From positions 1-36,546 of IMG/VR virus record IMGVR_UViG_3300029156_000009: 36,546 nt of DNA. The stretch is one strand, 5' to 3'. Position numbers and translations under genes: made by a program. This document shows, one piece after another, positions 8,963 through 16,089 of the stretch; position 1 is the first letter of the stretch, and the number at the start of each line of letters is the position of its first letter. The notes below the pieces were generated by a model, which was not told where the DNA came from, ran no database searches, and saw only the letters and a program-made list of their open reading frames with translations. The stretch comes from a virus. Lineage: Duplodnaviria > Caudoviricetes.

Positions 8963-9447
8963 CGTAACCCCGGAACACACCAACCTAATGCTGCGTTTTC
9001 TAGCGCGTGGCCGTTGTTGGAGCCGTAGGCTACGAGCGCCGACGGGAACCTGGCACTTGTTACGTTGTCGTTTCCTGGCTGAACGAATGTGACCCGGCCC
9101 CGGAGAAAACACACCGACCACCCAATGGTTACAAAGCGCTGAAAGCCTCTTGTCGCGGTGTCAGCAGGAATCAGAGCTAATCCATTCCCGTGTTGGGATA
9201 ACTTTTCGACCCAAGGCCACGGTGACGAGTACGGAGGGTTCAGCCAGACCCGTCCGAACCACGGTTGGGTAAGCCCGTCGTCGTCCTCCGTGTATGTCTT
9301 GGATGCTGGGAGCCAAGGAAGACCACCAGGAGGCCCGCACGGGTCCAGATCGAATGTCAACCCAAGCGCCTCAAATATGTACGGCGGCGTGTACCAGTCG
9401 TCGGAGTCCAGGGACTCAACGGCTGGAAGTATGCCCGGCAACCTCAC
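8959..9447 (-). CDS. Phage DNA N6-adenine methyltransferase (Dam-like)
   Basis: DDWYTP, FDLDPC, DGLTQPW and VWLNPPYS motifs. Confidence 0.88.
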   Translation of the reverse strand: MRLPGILPAVESLDSDDWYTPPYIFEALGLTFDLDPCGPPGGLPWLPASKTYTEDDDGLTQPWFGRVWLNPPYSSPWPWVEKLSQHGNGLALIPADTATRGFQRFVTIGWSVCFLRGRVTFVQPGNDNVTSARFPSALVAYGSNNGHALENAALGWCVPGLR

Positions 9448-9542
9448 GAGATCAGGTCAAGTAGAAACATCCCGGTCTGAGAATAAACCCACCATTGAAT
9501 CAGGGCTATACCCACAACACTTACGGCTTCGTCTAGCTCCAA
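9444..9542 (-). CDS. Hydrophobic micro-ORF, 32 aa
   Basis: TTG start after AAAGG; GTGA overlap with the MTase start; fills the gap. Confidence 0.35.
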   Translation of the reverse strand: MELDEAVSVVGIALIQWWVYSQTGMFLLDLIS

Positions 9543-11035
9543 AACTCGCCTTTCGGTTCACCGGCTCGCCCGTCGAGATGATAGGACCGCTGCATGTTCC
9601 CAGACGGTGCGTAGATGCCTAGCTTATTGTCGTCCCACGCCGCGTTCGCCACCGGGCCATAAACCGCGTCTTCGATGTAGGTTCTGGCTGAGTCGGAGAT
9701 GTTCGCCAAAAGCTCTCGGTAATACCGGGTCGTCGTGACATGGGGGCGCTGTGAGTACTGGACGGTTCGGAAGACCGGATGATTCGATAACTTCCCTTTG
9801 AGAAGGTACTTGTGCTCAGGGTGAATAGCGGTGTCATAGTGCAACCTTATGTGATTGAATTTCTCCTCATACACCCAAGTCACTAGATCCCGAAACGGAA
9901 TCTCTCCCGTGAGGGGCGTGTCGGCTTCGACCATCAGTAGGGCGCCTTCACGGATCTTGGGCAGTACGTCTTTGACGGTTCCGGCTTGGTGCTTCCATGT
10001 TCCCCAGTGGAGCCAGACTTCGGGCCAGTACTGGTTGGCGTGCCAGGCGACTCGGCGGATGTGCTCTGTGTAATTCGGGTTGTCCTCTCGAGCGCCGTCG
10101 AAGGCTATGCAGATCTCGTTGCCCGGCAAGCGTTCGCGGACCGATTCAACTGTTTCGGAGAGTATCGAGAAGTCAGGGTGTGACGGAAGCGGCGAAGCGG
10201 TAATGATCGTGGTTATCCGGTGTTCTGGTTCGGGCCAGGGTTCGGCCTCCCAGTCGTCCATGATCGTCTTTACTAGATCCCGTTTGTATTTGGTGTACCA
10301 CACGCCGGTCTCGGCCATTGGTGCAGGCTCAGCGAGGATCGGGCCAACGTCGTTCCAGTTCTCCACCACGGGAATGGGTGAGCATCCAATAGTGTCCGGC
10401 CACACGTTGCGATCCCCTGCCGGTGAAGTTGCGTCAAGGATTGGCACCGCTCCAGCTTCGAGTGCTTCCCACATTCGGAAGCTGTCAGCTCGAACATTGC
10501 CCGCGGGTGACGGCGCCCACGCCACTTCCCAGAGTTGTTTGATGTAGTCCTCTGGCGGTAGGCCTCCGGCAAACGTCGGTGAAGGGTGAACCTTGCGAGG
10601 GTCGATGGCTTCAAGCGCGGCGAATGCTTGTCGTCTACGGTCGTTGGTGTTCTGTCCTGCCAACACCCAGCCGGATTTCTCCAACGGCATCCCTAGGGCT
10701 TGTAGCGTCGGCCTGGTGTGCGGCGTGTAGCCGAGCGGTAGCACTCTGTCGGGCCAGTGGGCGCGGTGAGGGTTGGGCATCTGCTTGTAAACGGTTGTGT
10801 GGACATCCCAGAAAGGGCAGTCGCCCTCCTCGTCGGAAGTGATGAACAGCAAGCCTCGCTGTGTAAACCACTCGTTGACCACCGTGGCATCTCGCCAGTG
10901 GCCGGGCGTTACGAGAATGTGGGGGTCGCACCACTTCGGGATTCGCTCGAGAATGTCCTTGAGCATGACTTGATCCCAGTAACCCTCAGACGGACTCCAC
11001 TCGGTGTCATGCCAGGACCGCCAAGCTACCCCCAC
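9533..11035 (-). CDS. Two-domain glycosyltransferase: exostosin/GT47-like plus GT2/GT-A-like
   Basis: SPAGNVRADSFRMWEALEAGAVPI (exostosin-like); ITTIITASP..SHP, CIAFDG and LMVEAD (GT-A-like). Confidence 0.75.
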   Translation of the reverse strand: MGVAWRSWHDTEWSPSEGYWDQVMLKDILERIPKWCDPHILVTPGHWRDATVVNEWFTQRGLLFITSDEEGDCPFWDVHTTVYKQMPNPHRAHWPDRVLPLGYTPHTRPTLQALGMPLEKSGWVLAGQNTNDRRRQAFAALEAIDPRKVHPSPTFAGGLPPEDYIKQLWEVAWAPSPAGNVRADSFRMWEALEAGAVPILDATSPAGDRNVWPDTIGCSPIPVVENWNDVGPILAEPAPMAETGVWYTKYKRDLVKTIMDDWEAEPWPEPEHRITTIITASPLPSHPDFSILSETVESVRERLPGNEICIAFDGAREDNPNYTEHIRRVAWHANQYWPEVWLHWGTWKHQAGTVKDVLPKIREGALLMVEADTPLTGEIPFRDLVTWVYEEKFNHIRLHYDTAIHPEHKYLLKGKLSNHPVFRTVQYSQRPHVTTTRYYRELLANISDSARTYIEDAVYGPVANAAWDDNKLGIYAPSGNMQRSYHLDGRAGEPKGEFWS

Positions 11036-11763
11036 GGGATCGGGGGTTTCTCTTTAGGCCAGGCCAGCCAGTGCTCTTCGTGATCGGTGCAGATCAGCCG
11101 TGTCTCGTAGTCGTGGGCATGGAGAAAGTCGGTTACATGCTCCCGTGACAAGCCGTAGAGGTCTTTGAGGAAGTCAGGGTGGATAGATACAAGGACATTG
11201 GGCCGAGCTGAGCGGAGCGTCAAGGCCATACCCTGGAGTGCGTGTAGTTCGCCGCCTTCGATGTCGATGCAGATCAGGTCAGGGTCAGGAACGTCAATGT
11301 CGTCCATGAGGAACTGGGGCGAGACTCCAGAGTGTTCCCAGATGTGTCTGAATCCGTGGTCTGGTTTGATCTCACCGTAGGCCACATTGGGCCAGCCGTC
11401 TTTGGTGCCTAGGTCATGGTCTGCGTCGTTTGTGGTGACGTTCGATGCCATGCCAACCACCGGGTAGATTCTCGGCTCCCGGTCCAGTCTCTTGGCTGTG
11501 GCTGCGTTGGCTTCCCAGTGGGCTTTGATCTGAGGCCACACATGCGGATTCGGTTCCACCGCTACAACGTCAGCGCCCCACGTTGCATACAGGGCCGGGT
11601 AGTCGCCTTCCTCAGCGCCGATCTCCCACACGACTGACCCACGCTCAATGAGGTGATAAGCGAGGGCCAGTCGGTGAGCCTCCCAGTAGGGCCATTCGGG
11701 ACGGGCGGCGCGATGGTCAAGGAGTAGGACCGGCCACCGCCCGTTTACGTCTATAAGTTTCAT
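11026..11763 (-). CDS. FkbM-family SAM-dependent O-methyltransferase
   Basis: VVWEIGAEEG, VVAVEPNP and DLICIDIEGGELHALQG motifs; start at the ATGA overlap (MKLIDV). Confidence 0.85.
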   Translation of the reverse strand: MKLIDVNGRWPVLLLDHRAARPEWPYWEAHRLALAYHLIERGSVVWEIGAEEGDYPALYATWGADVVAVEPNPHVWPQIKAHWEANAATAKRLDREPRIYPVVGMASNVTTNDADHDLGTKDGWPNVAYGEIKPDHGFRHIWEHSGVSPQFLMDDIDVPDPDLICIDIEGGELHALQGMALTLRSARPNVLVSIHPDFLKDLYGLSREHVTDFLHAHDYETRLICTDHEEHWLAWPKEKPPIPWG

Positions 11764-11846
11764 CTCGTGTTTCTCATCAACCATGCCGCCCCCAGTATCC
11801 CCAACACAATCAGCCCTAGAACCGATACAAGGATGGCGCAAAGCAT
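11760..11846 (-). CDS. 28-aa single-pass membrane micro-protein
   Basis: MLCAILVSVLGLIVLGILGAAWLMRNTR; TAATG and ATGA overlaps. Confidence 0.55.
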   Translation of the reverse strand: MLCAILVSVLGLIVLGILGAAWLMRNTR

Positions 11847-12037
11847 TACTCGATCTCAATCCTTCTAATCATCTCTGTGCTGACGTTGACCTTCCGCGGT
11901 CCGTCTGCAATCCGGTACACCACAAGCCGTTCCCCATCTTCGGCGTCGTGAGCTTCGATAGCCCGAGCGATGTTCTTGGCTTCCACCACGAAACCGAGTG
12001 GTGGGTCTTGGTCATCGAGTATCAGGTAGTGGGCCAT
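11846..12037 (-). CDS. Small hypothetical protein, 63 aa
   Basis: MAHYLILDDQD...; overlap-coupled on both sides. Confidence 0.6.
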   Translation of the reverse strand: MAHYLILDDQDPPLGFVVEAKNIARAIEAHDAEDGERLVVYRIADGPRKVNVSTEMIRRIEIE

Positions 12038-12174
12038 CAGTTGACGCCGTAGGTTAGAACGAGCAGAAGCATTATCGCCCCGAGGTATAGCAAGGCTCCC
12101 CGCCAAATCACTCCCCACGCAACAGACCAGCGCTGCTTATCCGACACTTCCGACCACTTGAAGTCATTGCTCAT
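12037..12174 (-). CDS. 45-aa membrane micro-protein
   Basis: RBS GAAAGGA; MSNDFKW...WGVIWRGALLYLGAIMLLLVLTYGVN; TGATG overlap. Confidence 0.6.
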   Translation of the reverse strand: MSNDFKWSEVSDKQRWSVAWGVIWRGALLYLGAIMLLLVLTYGVN

Positions 12175-12186
12175 ATCAAGTCCTTT

Positions 12187-12225
12187 CGTAAGGCAATCTT
12201 ACAGACGGTTCACAAGGTCTGTCAA
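12187..12225 (-). promoter_or_regulatory. SigA-type promoter with operator copy 2
   Basis: TTGACA-N18-TAAGAT; CGTAAG-GCAAT-CTTACA (12187-12203) overlaps the -10 box. Confidence 0.65.
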
Positions 12226-13113
12226 GCGATGCTCGTAGGTGTGAAAGTCCAGCACATCGAGTCGGTTTATCTCAGCGGTTGTCTCTCGGGCCATCGGGTC
12301 TGCAAGCGCCTCATCGATTAGCCAGCCGAGTTTGTCGAAGTCACCGAGCGGATAGGTTGGGAGATTCGGATAGTTCAACCCGATCACTTCAGGATGGATC
12401 AGGTAACCGCCCCGGCCAAGTGTTTCGGGGATGCGGTCGGACCAGTAGTGGGTTGCGTTGCCGACTAGGCATGAGTCACCGATAAGCACTTTGACCGATG
12501 CGTAGAGGTTGGCGAGGTTCTTGCCTCTGATCTGTGGTTGTCCTCGAGACGGAAAGACCCTGAAGTTGTATTTGGGTTTGAGGTATTGATACAGCTCCCG
12601 GCGATAGGGTGCCCATTCGGCGTGGCCGTAGTCGATCAGGTTGCCAACGAATCCGACATCACAAGCATTGCGCCGTTGATACTCACCGAGTACGGCTTCG
12701 TTAGAGAGAATGGCCGGCGGATACCAGTAATGGGTGATGCCCTTCGACGCCCACTGTTCTTGATGTCCACCGTCCGCCGTACATAAGAAGTCGGTCGATG
12801 TGAAGAAGGGGCTCTCGTCTATCCATGACTCCCGGTCTAATCCCCACCAACGATCCAGGTGGTAGCCGACCTTCGGAATGGATAACTCAGCCAGTGCGTC
12901 GGCTTGGGTCTGTCTATCGGGGGGGTCGAACCCTGCCGTGCGGGTCCATAGGAGTAGATCCGACCCCTCCGACATGCTTGCGAGGCGAGTCCAGTCTAAT
13001 CCTTGTTCGGGTATCCGGTTGACATTCCACCCGATGTTCTCAAAGGCAATTCCGATGTGGGTCTCTGTTGAGAAGTCCACGGCGAAGTTCCCGATGTATG
13101 AAACCGTAGGCAC
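12199..13113 (-). CDS. Glycosyltransferase, CgeB/YkvP-like (Glyco_trans_1_2, GT-B)
   Basis: DVGFVG, YWSDRIPETLGRGG and HTYEHR motifs; GTG start 6 nt after a TANNNT box. Confidence 0.8.
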   Translation of the reverse strand: MPTVSYIGNFAVDFSTETHIGIAFENIGWNVNRIPEQGLDWTRLASMSEGSDLLLWTRTAGFDPPDRQTQADALAELSIPKVGYHLDRWWGLDRESWIDESPFFTSTDFLCTADGGHQEQWASKGITHYWYPPAILSNEAVLGEYQRRNACDVGFVGNLIDYGHAEWAPYRRELYQYLKPKYNFRVFPSRGQPQIRGKNLANLYASVKVLIGDSCLVGNATHYWSDRIPETLGRGGYLIHPEVIGLNYPNLPTYPLGDFDKLGWLIDEALADPMARETTAEINRLDVLDFHTYEHRLTDLVNRL

Positions 13114-13149
13114 AAAAAAAGGGTAGCACCCCCGTAGGGGCGCCGCCCT
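13114..13149 (-). terminator. Intrinsic terminator with UACG tetraloop and U7 tract
   Basis: AGGGCGGCGCCCC-TACG-GGGGTGCTACCC-TTTTTTT on the minus strand. Confidence 0.7.
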
Positions 13150-13196
13150 CGCTGACCGTGGACTTGATACAGCTGTGCGTTGCCGCACAGGGTCAC
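13114..13196 (-). ncRNA. Candidate small structured RNA
   Basis: TGT-TATTGT extended -10, GCAA-loop hairpin, TATCAAGTCC segment, terminator. Confidence 0.35.
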
Positions 13197-13199
13197 AAT

Positions 13200-13233
13200 A
13201 ACACAGGCCCCCTCGGATAAGGGGGCCTGTGTT
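13200..13233 (-). terminator. Perfect 14-bp hairpin downstream of the major capsid gene
   Basis: AACACAGGCCCCCT-N6-AGGGGGCCTGTGTT. Confidence 0.7.
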
Positions 13234-13269
13234 CACCCGACTGTCAGTCGGTCTATTGATTGGTTCAGC

Positions 13270-14982
13270 TTAGCTACCGAATCCAGGATTGCAGTCGAGA
13301 GCAACATCGATACCAGCGCTACCACGCGGGCAGATGGTGATGTCGTCAAGCAACCATGAGTCGTGTCCGACCTCGCAGACTTGCTCGAAGGACTCAACGA
13401 AGGTCTGGAACTGGTTGGTGGCGTTGAGGGTTGAATCCCTATCGATACCTAGGTCCAGGTTTCCGCCGTCCAAACGAACGAAGGTGCCAGGGGCAAACAG
13501 CATGAAGTCGGCGGCGGTTCTCCAGCCGTCGTCTCCAGCGTCACCGATTGACTGCCAGTCCTGCACCCACTGAACGTTCACATTGAGTGAAGCGAACAGC
13601 GAAGCGACTCGGCCACGGGCATTCGCCCAGTCAACCGTTGCGTTGCGCGCAACGTAGTCGGCCACCAGAGCGTCGCGGACCCATGCGGGTGCCACAAGCT
13701 CCAACATTGCGTCCATGTCCATGCGGTAGGTGTCGCGGTACTTGGAAGCCTCGAAGTTGACGAGGTTCCCAACGTTGACCAGTCCACCGCCTCCGGTGTC
13801 GCCACCGTTGACCGCTGTGGATGCTGCAACCATCGAAGCGATGTGCGTGCCGTTGACAAAGTGATCGTGGAAGATCATCGAGTTCTCAATGGCGTTCGCA
13901 ACCGTCTCGGGGTCGAAGCGCTGGGTGAAGTTGCCGAAGGTCAGGATGACCGGGAACGCGTCCACTGTGCATGTCTGCGTTGCGGGGCATTCGATCTCAA
14001 AGGCGGTCTTCGAGGCGCCTGCCTGAGCGTTGGCGTTGGTGTACACCTGACCGGCTGCGGCTGACCATGACGCATTGGCGTTGACCGACGCGTACGACGG
14101 TGACGTGCGGTAGGTGACCGAACCCCGTGACGCGTTGAGCGTCGGGAGCTGAATCATCCCATCGCGACTACCAATGCTGAAGTAGTCATACAGCGGCTGT
14201 GACGGGGCACAGATGCCAATGGCGGCGGTCAGTGCTTCGGGTGTGCGCGCATTGCGCAGATCCTTGAGCATCTGATCGATCACCGGGCCGTCGTGTGCTA
14301 GTTCGCCGGTTACCTCGTGCTCGTGAAAGCTCGAAGTGTCGAACGAAGCAACAATGGCCTTGGCGTCTACCTTGGTGGACTTCCCGTAGGACTTCCACAG
14401 TTCAAGGGCGCCGCGCCCAAGGTCGGTCGGAGACGCGAACTTGGTGTAATCCCCACGAAGCGCAGGACCGGCGTTTGCCACGATCCCTTGAGGCTCCGGG
14501 AGCTTTGTCTTTGTTCGCTTTGCCAATGCACCAATGGAGGGCTTGGAAGCTGTGACGGTTTCGGACTCGATCACTTCTGCAATCTCCTCGTCCGTTACCT
14601 CAGCAACGACTTCCTCTTCGGCCTCTTCTGAGGCTTCAGGCGTCTCGACTTCTTCGGTTTCCTCGGAAGCCTCTGGTGTCTCGTCGGCCTCGAAAACGAC
14701 TTCAAGCTCTGAGACCTTGGCCTCTAGCTCTGCGTCTTCGGCGTCAAACGCTTCTAGGCGCTCGTTGATAACGGAGAGGCGTTCGGTTGCCTCTTCAACC
14801 GCGGCCAGTGCGGCGTTGCGGTCTTCGGCTGAAGCTTTCTTGTCCTTGGCGATTGCCGACTGCTCGCGGCCAGCGGCCATGAGTTCGGTCTTTGCCTCCG
14901 TCAGCTCGTCGCGGGAAAGTTCCGCAATGGCTTCGGGGTTTTCGGACAAGCGCTCCAATAGGGTCTTTTCGTCTTTATCCAT
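13270..14982 (-). CDS. Major capsid (hexamer) protein with an N-terminal acidic scaffold-like domain
   Basis: LTAAIGICAPSQPLYD, LPTLNASRG and LDLGIDRDSTLNATNQFQTFVE motifs of Rosebush-type capsids; GGAG RBS; ends ...DCNPGFGS. Confidence 0.88.
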   Translation of the reverse strand: MDKDEKTLLERLSENPEAIAELSRDELTEAKTELMAAGREQSAIAKDKKASAEDRNAALAAVEEATERLSVINERLEAFDAEDAELEAKVSELEVVFEADETPEASEETEEVETPEASEEAEEEVVAEVTDEEIAEVIESETVTASKPSIGALAKRTKTKLPEPQGIVANAGPALRGDYTKFASPTDLGRGALELWKSYGKSTKVDAKAIVASFDTSSFHEHEVTGELAHDGPVIDQMLKDLRNARTPEALTAAIGICAPSQPLYDYFSIGSRDGMIQLPTLNASRGSVTYRTSPSYASVNANASWSAAAGQVYTNANAQAGASKTAFEIECPATQTCTVDAFPVILTFGNFTQRFDPETVANAIENSMIFHDHFVNGTHIASMVAASTAVNGGDTGGGGLVNVGNLVNFEASKYRDTYRMDMDAMLELVAPAWVRDALVADYVARNATVDWANARGRVASLFASLNVNVQWVQDWQSIGDAGDDGWRTAADFMLFAPGTFVRLDGGNLDLGIDRDSTLNATNQFQTFVESFEQVCEVGHDSWLLDDITICPRGSAGIDVALDCNPGFGS

Positions 14983-15065
14983 GATTCTCCAGGGGCACCG
15001 AGATACCCCAAATAGAAGGTTGGGTGTATCGGGTGCACTATGTGCTGGAGTCCGACGAGATCAGG

Positions 15066-16085
15066 TTAGACGACTGACTCGAATTCGCGCAAGATTTGCC
15101 TACTGCGGATCTCTTCGACCATCGCTGCCATTGATTCCAGTTTGTTGGCGAGTTCGTCTGTTTCGGTGACGATGCCTGCAGCGGTGAGGGCTGTCTGTGA
15201 TTCGTCCGCGACCATTGCGGTCGGGAAGCCTGGATTCTCAACAACGAGGAAAGATATGAGTTCTAGGTCTCCGTCTACGTTTCGCCAGTCGCCAGATAGA
15301 AACACTTCGCCGTTGTCCAGCGTGGTTTCCCCGTTGACCCAGATACCGAACTCGTCTTCACCAACACCGGCAACACCGACCAGCTCACAGTGAGATTCGT
15401 ACCACTCCCGCGCTTTTGCCAGGTCGAGGTTGAGCGGGGCGTGATTGTCGCCAGTCGGGTGCCGGTATATCCGCACTCCTTCTAGGCCCGTGTGGGCGTA
15501 GCCGGAAGCGGAATTCGGAGCTGTGACACAGGCGTTCTTGAAACCGAGATGACAGGTTCCCCAGCCGGCGCCGTGGCCTCTGATCGCGCCGTCTTCAATG
15601 ATCGGCTTGGTGAGTCCACCGAGATTCGGGGGGAGCGTGGAAACTTCAGAAGCAACAAGGGCTGAGCGGCGGAAGTTGTGCAGGTTGCCGACATGGACCG
15701 CGCCAGCGTGACCGTCTGAAGAGTCGTTGAACATCAGAGGCGCACCATCACGCCAAGTTAAGGCGCCGGGGGCGATGGTACGCCGGTCTGATGTCGATGC
15801 GGCCTCAGGGGCTAGAAAGGCGAGGGGCTGGCCGTCTACCCATTCAATACGGGCTTCGGCAAAAGCTGGCATGGCAACCTGTGTGGCTCCAAGTATCTCA
15901 CCTTGGGTGACGGTCTCGAGCCAGTCAGTCGGGAAGCCTTCGTCGTCTACGTCAAGAATCTCGATCTCTGATGTGACGTTGCCAAGGTCCACCGATACGC
16001 CAGCCAGCTTGCCTTCGCGGGCTAGGCGCTCGGCTTCCTGTGCGTCTGTGTCTGAGTCGAATACGACTTCAGCGATTATCCACAT
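15066..16085 (-). CDS. Capsid maturation protease
   Basis: Between portal and capsid; GVSVDL, GATQVAMPAFAEA, GH.A.WGTCH and LSGDWR motifs. Confidence 0.7.
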   Translation of the reverse strand: MWIIAEVVFDSDTDAQEAERLAREGKLAGVSVDLGNVTSEIEILDVDDEGFPTDWLETVTQGEILGATQVAMPAFAEARIEWVDGQPLAFLAPEAASTSDRRTIAPGALTWRDGAPLMFNDSSDGHAGAVHVGNLHNFRRSALVASEVSTLPPNLGGLTKPIIEDGAIRGHGAGWGTCHLGFKNACVTAPNSASGYAHTGLEGVRIYRHPTGDNHAPLNLDLAKAREWYESHCELVGVAGVGEDEFGIWVNGETTLDNGEVFLSGDWRNVDGDLELISFLVVENPGFPTAMVADESQTALTAAGIVTETDELANKLESMAAMVEEIRSRQILREFESVV

Positions 16086-16089
16086 GGGT

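Noticed and set aside
9533-9545. Terminal Ser of the GT fusion (EFWS), and of the chaperone extension (NTES), as glyco-tags
   Set aside because: No Gly-Ser or Cys context and not virion proteins; this shows that a lone terminal Ser can arise by chance
7003-13113. DNA hypermodification as the main role of the GT cassette
   Set aside because: No hydroxymethylase, TET, kinase or phage polymerase to create a sugar acceptor on DNA, and the cassette sits in the head operon; disfavoured but not excluded
13114-13200. Known ribozyme or riboswitch (twister-sister, SAM-I)
   Set aside because: Only a CAAGTCC/TATCAAG fragment resembles them; the remaining consensus cannot be matched by eye
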